DNA from: the human T2T-CHM13v2.0 reference genome, Homo sapiens
Assembly (NCBI RefSeq): GCF_009914755.1
Contig: NC_060937.1
DNA length: 64,000 bases
Direction: 5' to 3' (one strand)
Shown: positions 1-16,955 of the stretch, one piece after another
Position numbering within the stretch: position 1 is the first letter of the stretch
Layout of the letters: each line of letters opens with the position of its first letter
The notes under the pieces: generated by a model
Told to the model about the DNA's origin: nothing
Seen by the model: the letters and a program-made list of their open reading frames with translations, nothing else
Databases searched by the model: none
Made by a program: the position numbers and the translations under genes

Positions 1-527
1 AATTACATGGAAAAGCAACTTAAATTTTTTTATGCTAGGTAATATTCACAAACATTAAGTATAGGCTGCATTTTCTTTATATACTACTGCAAAAATATTT
101 TGTAAAGTAGGTAACAACATTATAAACATTCAGTAGCAGGATTATCAAACAGAGCCGTAAGTAACATATTTATATACTTGTTTGATGATGTTGCTAAAGT
201 TTGCCAGAAATACCCATTGCAAACCTTTCTATAAAGAAACATAGAGTTGATTGTTTTATGAATTTTTAAAGAAAGTCTTTTTAAAAATAGAAAGGAGAAG
301 TGAGGCCTTAATTATGACTTTCCACATTTTCTCCTTGGCTTCTTTGTTAAATATGCAAAAGGGTAAAATAAGATCAAATGAGGACACGATAAAGCTGAAT
401 GTTCGACACCATTTAAAAGCAGTTGGTGAGACATTAAGTCAGAAGTTGGTATACTTTTCAATATGCTGTTACAATTTTAGGGGAAATTATCATTATTAAA
501 CTAGTTCATAGCCAATTCCTAAATTCA

Positions 528-928
<401 letters not shown>

Positions 929-1399
929 AAAGTGGGTCCTTAAGGAAGTGAGTAATTCACGGTTAGTCCTTCACTAAATTCATCTGTAATTTTGCTTATT
1001 TTCAGTAAGACCACACGGAAACTATTCTCATTCTTGTTCTACATACTTTTTTGGCTGAACTGTCAAGCCGACTTTTATATTCTGGAATAAGCTGGGGACA
1101 GAACTTCTTGTTTTGAAGGGAATAGCTATTATAGCCAAATGCTAGGATCTGAGTGACAGACTAGTGCCATATTTGGCACTGGCCATGCCTGAGTTCCAGC
1201 AGCTCTGAGCGAGCAAACGACACAGACCATTTTCTTACACCTTACATGGTTTGGTGGGAAGGGGCAACACGGCCCTTTGCTATCAAGGTTAACAGGGAAA
1301 GGAAAGGGAGAAGATCATCTCATAATGTATCCCTCAATCCATATTGGGCACATCTCTGGGAGAGTCAGGACCAGAGACAAAAGTCTCCTGACCTAGTAT

Positions 1400-1520
1400 C
1401 TTAGAATTACACTTCAGCACTTTCATTTTGCAAGTGAAAAAATGCATCCAGGTGGATTTGCCCAAAGTGGCTGCTGGCAACTGAGACAGAACAAAGACCT
1501 TGCTCTCTTGACCTCCATCG
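1400..1520 (-). mobile_element. MIR fragment
   Basis: Degenerate core CATTTTGCAAGTGAAAAAA...TTGCCCAAAG; boundaries approximate. Confidence 0.55.
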
Positions 1521-2415
1521 GGGCTTTCCCACCACACTATCCTGCTCACCAATAGTAGGAAGCACGTGCTGAGCCTATTAGCAGGCTAATGAGAGTCAGC
1601 CATTAACAATCCAGCAAAGACATTTTCAGGACTGGGTTCCACATTCTTTGCACCCTACGGAAGGTGCTCTGGGGAAAAAAACCTATTAATTAAACGATGT
1701 GAAAACAATCCTAGGACTTAGCTGTTACTTTTTTCTAAATAACAAAATATTTTTGGCAAGTAAACAATGTAGTTCATACTTCAGTGGAAGGAACATAGCC
1801 AGGGTACGGGGCAGGCCAAGTTACACACATACAAGTAAACAAGCGGTCAACTATTTTTAAATGTACCTACCCTGTCCAATGATTAGGTGACCCAAATTCT
1901 GATCTTCTCAGAGGATGGAAATAGGTTATTTTTATTTTGCAACCCACTGTTTCCTTCTATATATAATACTGCATTTTTGAACAAAATTATATGAAGTTTA
2001 TTCTCATTTAAAGTTCTGTGGGAGCTGAATGATATGATACACAGCCTTCTACAATTCCTTCGGTCCAAGGGTCTTGAGAGGGCCTATCATTTTATAATGT
2101 GTAGGCATTTTCCAGGCCTACAGCACTCTATTTTTGTTTCATTCTTTTTTTTGAAACTTTTTATGAAATAATTCTAACACATGGAAGAGTACAAGAGTAA
2201 CATATCAGACTTCATATTCCCACCATTGGCTCTATCAAAATCTAATATCTTTTGCCATACTTGCCTTCAGATTTTTTTTTTTAATAAAATATTACAGATA
2301 TAGTTGAAGGCTATTGGACACTCCTGTATGATATCGCTTATTCTCTTCCCTACTTCTTCTCCTGAGATGACCATTATCCTGAATTTGGCATTTGGCATTC
2401 CCATGCATTTTGCAA

Positions 2416-2792
<377 letters not shown>

Positions 2793-2996
2793 TAAATGAC
2801 ATATTTAAATATTTGGTCATTCCACTCAACAAAATGTTTCTAAGATTAGGCAAAGCGATCCACATAACTCTATTTATTTTAACCCATTATTATGTGCTAT
2901 TGTATTTGTGTAGCACAATTTATTTTCCCAGTCTCCCACTGGTGCCCATGTATGGCTTTTCCCATTTTAAACAATGTTGCAATAAACATCTTTGCA

Positions 2997-3188
2997 CAGT
3001 AAGTCCTTATTTAAGGTGGATAACTTCTTAGAAATTGTAACTTTAAGCAAAACAACAGATAAGGCAAACAATTTTTCCATCAAATTTACAACAAAACATG
3101 GTTATTCGAGGACTTGCTGTAATGTACATGGTTTTGTTTAAAGTCTGCTTCCAAGCACCTATCAACGACTTTAAGAGAGGATTTACTG
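2997..3188. mobile_element. MER6-like TcMar-Tigger MITE (MER6B-like)
   Basis: Termini CAGTAAGTCCT...AGGATTTACTG followed by TA; internal TTATTCGAGGACTTGCTG typical of the MER6 family. Confidence 0.7.
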
Positions 3189-3666
3189 TACATAACCCCT
3201 TATGCACACATCCAAGAGTGTCTCTAAGAAACTGCTTAGAAATGGATTTCAGAGTTGAAGGGTATCCACAGCTTCAAGAGTTTATTTTGCTAAACTGTTC
3301 TCCAAAGTGATTACACCAATTTACACAGTGTATGACAGCTCCCACTGCTGTCCAATCCTACAAAAATCTGATATGGTTGGACATTTTCGCCAATATGAAG
3401 AACATAAAGTGGTATCTCATTGATATTTTAATGGCCATTTCCACAATTACAAGTAAGAAGAACACCTATTTATTGGCCAATCAGGTTTCCTCATCTGTAA
3501 ACTACCAACTTGTATCTTTTACCAATTTTTCTGTTATTTGTCTTTTTCTTAAAGACTTGTCAGTTATATATGTCACATTCTATCCTGTCTTTTCAGTTTA
3601 TGATTTCTTTTTTGAACAGAAGTTTAAAATTTTAGTGTGGTCACATTTTTAAATATTTTCTATTAT

Positions 3667-3950
3667 GGCTGGGTATGGTGGTTCATACCCAGCCATAATA
3701 GAGGCCAAGGCAGGAGGATCACTTGAGCCCAGGAGTTTGAGACCAGCCTAGGTAAAACAGCGAGACCTCATCACTGCAAATAATAAAAATAGAATTAGTT
3801 GGGCATGGTAAGGGCAGGCCTACAATCCCAGCTACTCAGGAGGCTGAGGCAGGAGAACTGCTTGAGGCCGAGAGGTCAGGGCTGCAGTAAGCCATGATCA
3901 CACTACTGCACTCCAGCCTGGGCAACATAGTGAGACCCTGTCTCAAGAAA
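3667..3950 (+). mobile_element. AluJ with rearranged 5' end
   Basis: GGAGGATCACTTGAGCCCAGG (J-type); TSD core TTTCTATTATG on both sides. Confidence 0.92.
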
Positions 3951-4519
3951 AATTTCTATTATGTTTTGTGACTTTTTATTTCTTTTTAAAGGAATTCTTC
4001 CTACCCCAATATTATATAGGCAGCCTCTTATTTTCTCTTCTAAAAGTTAAAAAAAATTGCTTTTCTAGTGCAGATCTTTATCTAGAACTTATTTCTGTGT
4101 ATACTGCAGGGTAAGATTCTCTACACAGACAACCCATTATCCAAGAAACATTTATTGAATATTTAACCCTTTCTTCACTGGTTTATAATCCCTCCATGAT
4201 CAAATATCAAGTTTCGGATTTATATAGGTTTATTTCTGGGCCCTCTACTCTGTTTTGCTGTTCTATTTATCAGCTTCTAAGGCAATACAATGCTGTTTTC
4301 ATTTACTCTAAATCCATAACAAGTCTTAATATCTGGTAGAGAAGATTACTTCCTTCTTCAAAATTGCCATAGATAATCCTAGGCTATTGCTCTACCACAC
4401 AAATTTTAGAATCAGCTTGTCAAGTTCCAGGGAAAGTCCAGTTGGGATTTTGAATGGAACTGAATAAAATTTATAAATTAGTTGAGGATTTTAACTGCTC
4501 TAATGGGCTTCTGGACAAT

Positions 4520-4640
4520 AAATATCTGGGCTGGAGCTTCCAGAGAGCCGAACACATGGAGACTCCTGAGGGGTGGCTGCTCAGGGAAGGCATGGAAGCT
4601 CCATGCCCCTTTCCCCATACCTTGTCCTACATATCTCTTC
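4520..4640. mobile_element. MER21-like LTR fragment
   Basis: GAACACATGGAG...GGCATGGAAGCTCCATGCCCC resembles MER21. Confidence 0.6.
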
Positions 4641-4644
4641 AATT

Positions 4645-4676
<32 letters not shown>

Positions 4677-4681
4677 TATAA
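4645..4681. repeat. A(n)-(TA)n microsatellite
   Basis: Direct read. Confidence 0.9.
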
Positions 4682-4820
4682 TGATGTAATAAATATCTGG
4701 TGGCTGAAAGATCAACTAAAAATGTCTTACTTTTCAAAGCAACAATTACCTTATAAACTGCCATGCCTCCCATTTATGGACTTACAAATTCTATCACTAA
4801 ACATTCTTTATAAAAACTGA

Positions 4821-5737
<917 letters not shown>

Positions 5738-6266
5738 TTATTTAGAAAAATATTTATTTTTTTATTTATTATAAATTTATTATTTATTTTTTATTTATTA
5801 GAAAAAAGAACCAAAAAAATCTGGAACTCTCTGAATGCTTATTTCCACTCTAGGTATCTATCAGAAGATAAGAATCTTAAATATTAAAAAAATTAGCTGG
5901 ATGCATAAAATGCACATTGTAGCATTACTTAGAGTAGGAAAAAATGAAAGTAACCTAAATATCAATGACATAGGACTATTAAACTAGAAGAAATATACCC
6001 AATGATACACTATGATGGTGAGAAATATACTGGCTCTAAAAACTATTTATAGCAATAATGAAAATGGTTACTTATGGTATAGCATTAAGTAATAAAATTA
6101 GGATATCAGTTGTTGGTACACTGTGAATACAGCTGTAGAAAAAACTCTGGAATGTGTGCACTGAAAAATAAAATGTACTAAACTATTTACAATAGTTAGG
6201 CTGGGAATACAGAATTACAAATAGAATTCTCCCACCTACCCCACCTGTTAAAAAAATCTATTGTAG

Positions 6267-6584
<318 letters not shown>

Positions 6585-7029
6585 CTAAAGGGGTTACTTT
6601 TCTATCATAACAAAATACCTTGTAAAAAAATAATAATATTAATAATGTGAGTAGTACCCGACTGTGTCTTCAGGGCGTCATTTAAAGTTCGAAGAGACAG
6701 TGCTTGTAGGAAGCAAAGCATTCAAGGCCGACACTCAGGGTTTGGGATCTAGCTCAATCACTGATTGTTTTAGAAGTTTTGGGAAAGAGTATCATGCATT
6801 TTCTCCGTGAAAAAATAAAAATATTTAGATGTATGGATTAGTCAGCAAACCTTTATGAATGGGCATTCATTAAGATAACTCTGAAATTTCATCTAAATCA
6901 TGCAAAACACAAAGACTGCCTATTTCATTTTCTTTCAAGTATGAAGGAGAGTAAAGAGCAGGGAGTTTGCCATTTGGAACTGGAAAAAAAATTGCCTACA
7001 ACATTGTTTCCAGAGCTTGTACTTTTTAC

Positions 7030-7173
7030 CTTAAAAACATGAAAGGCTTCAAACTGGATGTTGGGACTTTTATCCCGAAGGAGGTTCATCATGAGTTTCA
7101 GGTTCTCCGGCTTGCTGATATACTTTGTCATGATGGCAAAGTTGTGACGGTCCAGGATCAGCTCCCCTAGCAG
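7030..7173 (-). CDS. CAB39L: CAB39L coding exon ([48 protein letters not shown])
   Basis: Acceptor CCTCTAG|CTGCTA, donor AAG|GTAAAA; 144 nt; overlaps track ORF 6925..7131. Confidence 0.97.
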
Positions 7174-8380
7174 CTAGAGGAAAACACAAAACCAAAGCTG
7201 TAATCTCAGAGCCACCTGATTCAAAATATAGCTCACGTCTTCTCACTGAAAAACAAAATATAAATGTGAGTAAGAATGGTGTTGTGAAAAAAATTAGAGT
7301 GTCCTTAAGTGCATCTCAAAGCACAGGCATAAAAGCAATAGTTATTGAGCAATTTTTTCACACTGCTTTGCTGATGTCAGTGCTTAGTACCTTTTTTTAG
7401 TTGGTCTTTGCTGCAGCTCACCTAGAGCTAGGCAGAAATAAATTTATGGTTTTCAATACTTACTTTAATTATCTTGCTTCGCACTAATGTATTGCTCCAT
7501 AGGCATTCAGGTAGAAGTAATAACAAAATTGGTACCATAATGATACCTTCTTTACCTGCATAAATGTATGCTAGGAGTTCACTATTAAGACAGTTTGTTA
7601 AATGACTCTTACATTTCCCCTGACTTTTATTATAAAACCTGATATAAAGTCAGAAAAAAAATTGACCCCAAATCTGTATCAAATTTAGTAAGTGCAGCAA
7701 GTTTTTATTAAAAAGCAAAGCAAAACATTTTTTGGTGACAAATTGATAGTTCCCCAAATACAGCATTACCCTAAAACAAAATAAAAATACCCAAAGTAAG
7801 AATAGTTGAAGACCCTCTAGCAACATGGCTGAATGTATTGTTGCTCTATCTTAGAAACTTTTTGTTCTCACCATAATTCTGGAGAACAGAATTATAGCCC
7901 CCTGGCTGCTGTAGCAATTCCTAAAGCTTCAGCAGCCAGGGGGCTGAAACATACTGTAATATAACTTTATATAGAAGATATGTTTAGTTTTCAATTGTCC
8001 TATTTACTGGACTTTTTCTGAAGGCCTCAGGGGAGTAACACATCATTACATGGTTACAGAAATCCTGGATGGGAAGAAAAGCGCACATCAAACTGAGGGC
8101 CAACTGTCTATCAAAGGAGTCCCAGATGTGTGCAAGCATCTGGCTGCCAGTAAACCACCACCTTGCCTGTGATGTATCTTTTGTGTATTTAACATGAAAG
8201 AAGTATACAACCTGAGGTTATTTTAATGCATGAAAATAACGTTTGTCAAACCTGAAAAAAGGATGACCCCTGTTGGATGTTGGCTGGTCACTAGTTATTC
8301 TCATACACATGGAATAGCAACCACGTAGTCAAACTGTTAATCTGCAACCTCCTTCATCTTTCTGCAGCTTCTAACGTTAA

Positions 8381-9720
<1,340 letters not shown>

Positions 9721-10009
9721 ATAAGGGCGTGTTTCAAATCCCCTTACAACCTAACTGTGTGATGTGCATGGGTATTGTTGGGGAAATAAAAGTCCTACCC
9801 ACATATCCAGAGCACAATACAGTAACTCATCTCTGAAAAAGAGATTGCAAACAGACAAAACTATCCCTTATTACAGTCAAGAAGCTACAATCCATTACAT
9901 ATATATATCCTCAAGATGAAGGGTAACCTGTCCACTGGGGGAGGACCTGACTACCATTTCTGTGCACTCTTTCATGGTTCCCCCTAATGCACCTAGCAAT
10001 TAAGGTGAC

Positions 10010-10345
10010 CATTTGTTTTAGCTATTTATCTGAATAATAAAACTTCTCTTATCTCTCTGACAAGCAAATAGTTGGAAAAGGGCACCTAGGTTAAACTCTC
10101 CTTGTGACAGAGAGATAGTATTATCTTCCTAGATGCTTATATTTCAAAGGTAGGGCTTCCAGACCCTCCAAAAAGAAAAAACAAAAACTAAAAAACTTCT
10201 GGGTTGTAAGCCTGTCCAGAGCCTTACTTATCTTCTAAAGATATATACAAAAATAATCAAATACTGAATAGACACATATATATCATATACACTCATGTTA
10301 AAAGGCTTCAGCAAAAGGAAAATTTCATTTTTGAAAATTTACACA
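10010..10345. mobile_element. Old ERV1 LTR remnant (MER34-like)
   Basis: TTCTGGGTTGTAAGCCTG and flanks resemble MER34-group LTRs; weak. Confidence 0.35.
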
Positions 10346-12739
10346 CACACACTCAATAAACATTTGTTGAAGTTATATTTATGAGTTAAGTTCAGATTAG
10401 GTCACTTCAATTTTTATTACCTGGGGATACCTACATATAAATTCTATCCAATCTATCCTCTGCTAATAGAATTTCACAATTTTTCTGAAACAATTAATTG
10501 TGTTAATTCAACACTAAATCTTTTAGCCATTAAATGTTAATCTATTTTAATATTAACAATGACAAAATGCTGCATTCCAGAATAATACAAAGCACTATAA
10601 AGCAATACTATACCAAGTAAATGGGAAACACACATATTTTACTTCTTTAAATTTCTTATTTTGTATGCCTCATAGTACATAGTTAAGCCATGCAGCAAGT
10701 GGAAATAAGTTTTTTAGAAACCTAAGTGTTTTAATGAAATTGACCAGAGCCCAAAAAATTCCCCAGTTTCCACCAAGCTTCTTTTGAATTATAATCTTTC
10801 TTGCTGGTAATTAAATGCCAGGCCTCTGCAGAAGATAAGGAAAAAATTCCAAAGCTCTGTCACATGATGGAAAGGAATTTCTCTGTTAATTATTTTTTAT
10901 TGACACCAGGAATTAAGCAGTGCAGGAAAATTTAGAATATGATTAATAAAAGGCAGCAGGTAGCAACTACTTTGGAATCAGAAAATAGCCTAGTACTTAA
11001 GACAGTTTATTACTTACAAAGTTGCTATATAATAATCTAACCTCTCTTGTTTCCTGCAATTATGAAACATCTATGTAAAAAGTATTACAGAATCCATTTA
11101 TACAGAAACACAGTTGTGTCAAAATAGAATATACTGCTACCACAGATCTAATTACCAAAAGGAAAAACCAAAATTGCATCAGTGGAGCTTCCAGAATGTT
11201 TTTCTAGCAAAAAAAAAAAAAAAAGAGTAAACAATATTTAATGAGCTCTATGTTTATATATGAGCTTATTTCACAGTCGTCTACCTTTTTGTTTGCTTGA
11301 ACAGAGTGATGCAAAACCATTTTGGCAACATCTCTTCCTATAATCTAACATTAAAAAAAACCAACTCTCCAGTAACCATTTTAATACTTTCTGCATTCTT
11401 AGGTAATTTATCTGCATTTTGTCAGGCATTTTTTTCCAGTGTCCTATCAATTCTTGGTTTTACCATGCTATAAATCAGATATCCATGAGATGCCTAACTG
11501 TAAAGATTTTAGGAGGAATAGCAGCCAAATGGTATGTCTGGGTGAATTAATGAAAAACAGGAAAGATGCCTCGTGAATAGGCTAAGGCATCTGCAAATAA
11601 GTAGGAAATACAAACAGCTTTCTTCCTCCAAATTTGGTTCAATCACCTTAGTTCACATAAATCTCTCGATTTTGATCCAGTATCTGATAGACTCCCATTG
11701 AAAAAAAGGAAGGATTTGGAGAATTTATGAGCAACTTCCTATATGCTGGACCTTCAGAGCACTGTCACCTCTGTTTACTACTCCAATTGCCATCTTCCTT
11801 CCAGGGCCACTACTCGTTGTACCATGGACAAGCTTACCTCATTTGGCTATCCTTGTGGAGCCCTACAAATAACGAGTTCTGTTCTTTACGTATGCAGCTG
11901 TATAAAGAGAATACAACCTTATCTTCATCTGCTCTTAGCAAGCTTTCTGGACATGGGAGAACACAGCGCTGAAGTCACTCTCTGCCCAAAGGTCAGTTCC
12001 ACACACAGTTTGGTCTCATCACTACTGGGCTTTTTTTCTAGATGGGTCTCCTGGTATAAGTTTCTACACAAAGGGGAAACTCAATAAAAAGTGCTGGATG
12101 GCTGGCTGAAAAATGGCCTCCCCATTAACACCCAGTGAGGGTACAAATATAAAGGAAACCAGGTCATGGCTGATGCAGGATCGTGGGCAAAGTAAATTGA
12201 CAAAAAATGTGATACAAAACAGATTGACTTTATTGTCTTAGTTTAAAATTATACTCCAAATTTAGAAGCAAATGCATTGTTCTATGAATGCCATCATCTT
12301 GACATGTAAAAATAACACAAGTGTGTGACACTATATCCCAAACCTAGAAAAAATAGGAAAAAATGACAATACAAGTGTGATGTTTAGCAAGCTGGACCAT
12401 CATATGAGTTGCTGCACTAAAAACAGTCAGTTTTATCATCTGCTGAAAACATTCTTTTTGTGGGATTCTGAGTGGGATCTGAAGGACAGAGACACAACTC
12501 CAGCCCACATCTCCCTCCCCTCAGGGGCTCTCCCACCTCCCCCTGGCCACATGGCTGCTTCCAGGCACCATTCCACTGTGGGAGAGAGGGCCACTTATAG
12601 ATGGATGTGGTCTTACTCTGTTGGGTTCCCTGTCATTTCCACAGCCAGTTAATAGGTGCATAACCTCAAGTAGCAGATGTAACTTGGTTTCACACAACAC
12701 ACACATACACACAAAAACACCCTTATCAGAGCCATCTTA

Positions 12740-12811
12740 ATTTTCCATAAATTTAGCCCTCTGTTTAAAGATCAACTCATCAAGGACTTCACTGATCGTC
12801 TAGCTGCTCTG

Positions 12812-12851
<40 letters not shown>

Positions 12852-13050
12852 CTATCTCCCAAGTCGCCGCTTTCTGTCTCCTTTCCCTACTCTTCTTTTT
12901 AGTACTTAAAACCATCTGAAAACTATGTATTTATTTGTTTATTTGTCTATTGTCTGTTTTCCAACAACAGAATGTGAGGCCCAGAGCTGTTCTTGGCTGT
13001 CATCATATGTCTGGAGAATGAGCACATAAATATTTGTTAACTAAATGGAA
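12740..13050 (+). mobile_element. L2 3' end containing (CA)n at 12814-12849
   Basis: TTATTTGTTTATTTGTC...ATAAATATTTGTT L2 tail. Confidence 0.6.
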
Positions 13051-13224
13051 TGTCTTATTACCTCCCTCACACCTCCTTCTCCAATAATTCATCAAACTAT
13101 GCTATTTACGGGTAATTGAGAATTGGCTTTATTTTCATTTCCAGCTAGCTGCATCGTCTTTTAATCTCTTGCCAGATTCTGTTTCAGTGTAATCCTGGCA
13201 GTATTTTAGAAAAGCAAAATTTCG

Positions 13225-13751
13225 GTATATACCCAAAGGACTATAAATCATGCTGCTATAAAGACACATGCACACGTATGTTTACTGCAGCATTATTCAC
13301 AATAGCAAAGACTTGGAACCAACCCAAATGTCCAACAATGATAGACTGGATTAAGAAAATGTGGCACATATACACCATGGAATACTATGCAGCCATAAAA
13401 AATGGTGAGTTCATGTCCTTTGTAGGGACATGGATGAAATTGGAAATCATCATTCTCAGTAAACTATCGCAAGAACAAAAAACCAAACACCGCATATTCT
13501 CACTCATAGGTGGGAATTGAACAATGAGATCACATGGACACAGGAAGGGGAACATCACACTCTGGGGACTGTTGTGGGGTGGGGGGAGGGGGGAGGGATA
13601 GCATTGGGAGATATACCTAATGCTAGATGACGAGTTAGTGGGTGCAGTGCAACAGCATGGCACGTGTATACATATGTAACTAACCTGCACAATGTGCACA
13701 TGTACCCTAAAACTTAAAGTATAATAATAAAAGAAAAAAAAACTGTAAAAA
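13225..13751 (+). mobile_element. 5'-truncated young L1 (L1PA2-like)
   Basis: ORF2 C-terminus (...HRIFSLIGGN), G-rich 3'UTR, GAG (not ACA/ACG) diagnostic, A tail, perfect 17-bp TSD AGAAAAGCAAAATTTCG (13208-13224, 13752-13768). Confidence 0.93.
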
Positions 13752-14160
13752 AGAAAAGCAAAATTTCGTATATGCGATCATGTAGTCTTCTGACATATCT
13801 GTTTGTTAGAGGTGATTTTTAAAAAACATTTCTCTTCTAATTCTTAGGGAATGACCATGTTTCATATTTCAGAATCTCTCCCGTAAATATCATGTGAACA
13901 TGTCATGTTAAGTGGTGGAAGTATTTTAAGCAACCTGCAGGAAAACACTGACTGTCGTGAATGCTCAGGGAATGGGACCTGGTGATGAAATATAGCATAA
14001 AAAATTCTTTAGGAAAATATGTTACAAATCTGGGAGATAAATGCTTCCCATAAAACAGAAGCCCCATAACATTTCAACTATATAAACATAATTTGATAGT
14101 AAAAAGCTATTTTATACTCAAAAATACAGATATTAAGAATTTATCAATTGCTGTGCTTAA

Positions 14161-14708
<548 letters not shown>

Positions 14709-14749
14709 TAAACTTACGGGGACACTGACTTAAAGAAATTTGATATTAC

Positions 14750-14815
14750 CTTTAAAGACTGTCTCTTAGTAACATAATTCTCAGACTGAAGCAATTTCTC
14801 ATAGTCTTCAAAAAT
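14750..14815 (-). CDS. CAB39L: CAB39L coding exon (IFEDYEKLLQSENYVTKRQSLK)
   Basis: Acceptor CATTAG|ATTTTT, donor AAG|GTAATA; 66 nt; contains the conserved MO25 NYVTKRQSLK motif. Confidence 0.96.
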
Positions 14816-16316
14816 CTAATGAAAAGAAAATACACATTAGAGTGTAAAAGCAGCAGTGGATTCTCCGTATTAGGCTGGCTTGCTTTCTTTTTCAGGAGCA
14901 AATTCCCAACTTCTGGCCATTTTACCATCCTTCTTTACATGTGAAGACACTGGGGGACAGGGAGGTCAAGAATTACAAGAGACATCCTTCCCTATTTTAT
15001 TTTAGTTCTGCAAATTAGATAAAAACTGAGTAATTTTGAGTCCTTCCAATAAATCATTTTGAATAAAACTTCTAGTAAAAGTTGCAAGAGAACTCATTTT
15101 ATGCCATTTTAAAGAAATCTTTATGTAAGTAGCCTTGCTGGTGGCTATGGGTCCACAATTTGGGAAAATATTAAATACACTTAAGGCTTCACTTGGCAAG
15201 CCATAAAGAATCAGACTGTTCAATTCACTGCATAAACAGATAAAGAACGAGGCAACCTTTGTTGCATGACGGCCCAACTAGTCTCTCTGGAGCACTTCAC
15301 TCTCACCGGAAGCTGGGGACACTGGTGCACGAAGTCTTCTTTCCTAACATGGTCACCAACCATGGCCTAGCCCTTCAGTTTAACACAGAGTGCTGGCATC
15401 TGGGGAGGTTCAGCATTCACTTCCATCAGGTGTGGGCACACAGCTCATAGAGCACTGAAGTGGGAGGAATGAGCGCAGCCAGGACGGAGGACAAGAGATC
15501 AGGAACTGAAGAGGGTGACAAACTCCTAGCCCTCGGAGAGTCAAGTGCGAGGGGAGAGTGTGTGCCGCTGTGTAATGAGGGCAAGCTGTGCATGCTGACA
15601 ATCACCGATAGAGAATAAAGTGAAAAGTAAAAATACAAAGGTGTAGCTCACATTAAAATCACAGTAATTATACTCTTTAATATGAATGACTTATTTATTC
15701 TATCCTGAAACACAAGGAGAATTTTGTGGATCATTAAATGCATCAGACAAGCCTTGTGATAAATTTGAATAGTAAATATAAAATGCAAATACATGTATGT
15801 GGTATGACCTACTCCCGAGTCCACCAGCTTTATTACTTTAGAGTCATGCATCATGTGCTCCAGTTTCATGGCATACTGCTAAAGAAATATCAGCTGAAAG
15901 AGTCTGAAAGGTTTGAAGGGGCATGAGTTCTCAGAGCTCGCATTCAGGCCAATGCAGGAGCTTCAGCAGCTGTGAAATTACTAAATTACACAAGAAGTGA
16001 TATATGGATGTAAAAACAAAATTAGGTAAAAAAGGAGTCAAAGAGAATGAATTTATTAGTCTCTCAAACTGTCATGTATTATACCTGAACACAAAGCATT
16101 ACTGCACAACACATTTACCTCATTCATTCTATAGGAAAAAATAGTAATTAGTTGATATTGTAGATTTATCCACGTTATCTTAGCCTTTTAAAAATTTTAT
16201 TTCTTATAAATGTGACATCTAATGAATCTTTCCTTAACATTCCATCTAGCATATATAGTTACTGAACAACCAAACTATATATTAACAGTTCATTTCCTAA
16301 ATTCAAAAATAGACAA

Positions 16317-16573
16317 TTTTCTTTTTCTTTTTCTTTTTTTTTTTGAGACCAAGTCTCGCTCTGATGCCAAGGCTGGAGTGCTGTGACGTGATCTCAGCTC
16401 ACTGCAACCTCCGCCTCCCGGGTTCAAGCAATTCTCTGCCTCAGCCTCCCGAGTAGATGGGATTACAGGCACCCGCCACCACATCTGGCTAATTTTTGTA
16501 TTTTTATTAGAGACAAGGTTTCACCATTTTGGCCAGGTTGGTCTTGAACTCCTGACCTCGTGATCCACCCACC
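16317..16573 (-). mobile_element. AluS, 5'-truncated
   Basis: Ends at GATCCACCCACCT; lacks the first ~45 nt. Confidence 0.92.
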
Positions 16574-16627
16574 TCTTTCAGTCTATACATTTTGGGATGC
16601 CTCTAGCAATAAAAATTATTCTCCTTG

Positions 16628-16955
16628 CAGTAGAATGAGGTTATTAGAGGCTGGGGAAGGTAGGAGGGAGGGAAGATGAAGAGAGACTGGTTAACAGGTA
16701 TAAAAATACAGTTAGAAGAAATAAGTTCTAGTATTCAACAGCACAGTAGGGTGACTATAGTTAATAATTTACTGTATATTTCAAAATAGCTAGAAGAGAA
16801 GATTTGGAAAGTTCCCAACACAAAGAAACGATAAATATTTGAGGTGACGGGCATCCTGATTACCCTGATGTGATCGTTACAAATTGTATGCATATATCAA
16901 CATATCTGATGTACCCCATAAACATGTATAATTATTTTGTATCAATTTAAAAAAT
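16628..16955 (+). mobile_element. L1MA 3' UTR fragment
   Basis: GTAGGGTGACTATAGTTAATAA...CAAAATAGCTAGAAGAG...TGTACCCCATAAA. Confidence 0.8.

Noticed and set aside
1568-1600. Imperfect hairpin GCTGA...ATTAGC-AG-GCTAAT...TCAGC
   Set aside because: Stem too short and interrupted to exceed chance.
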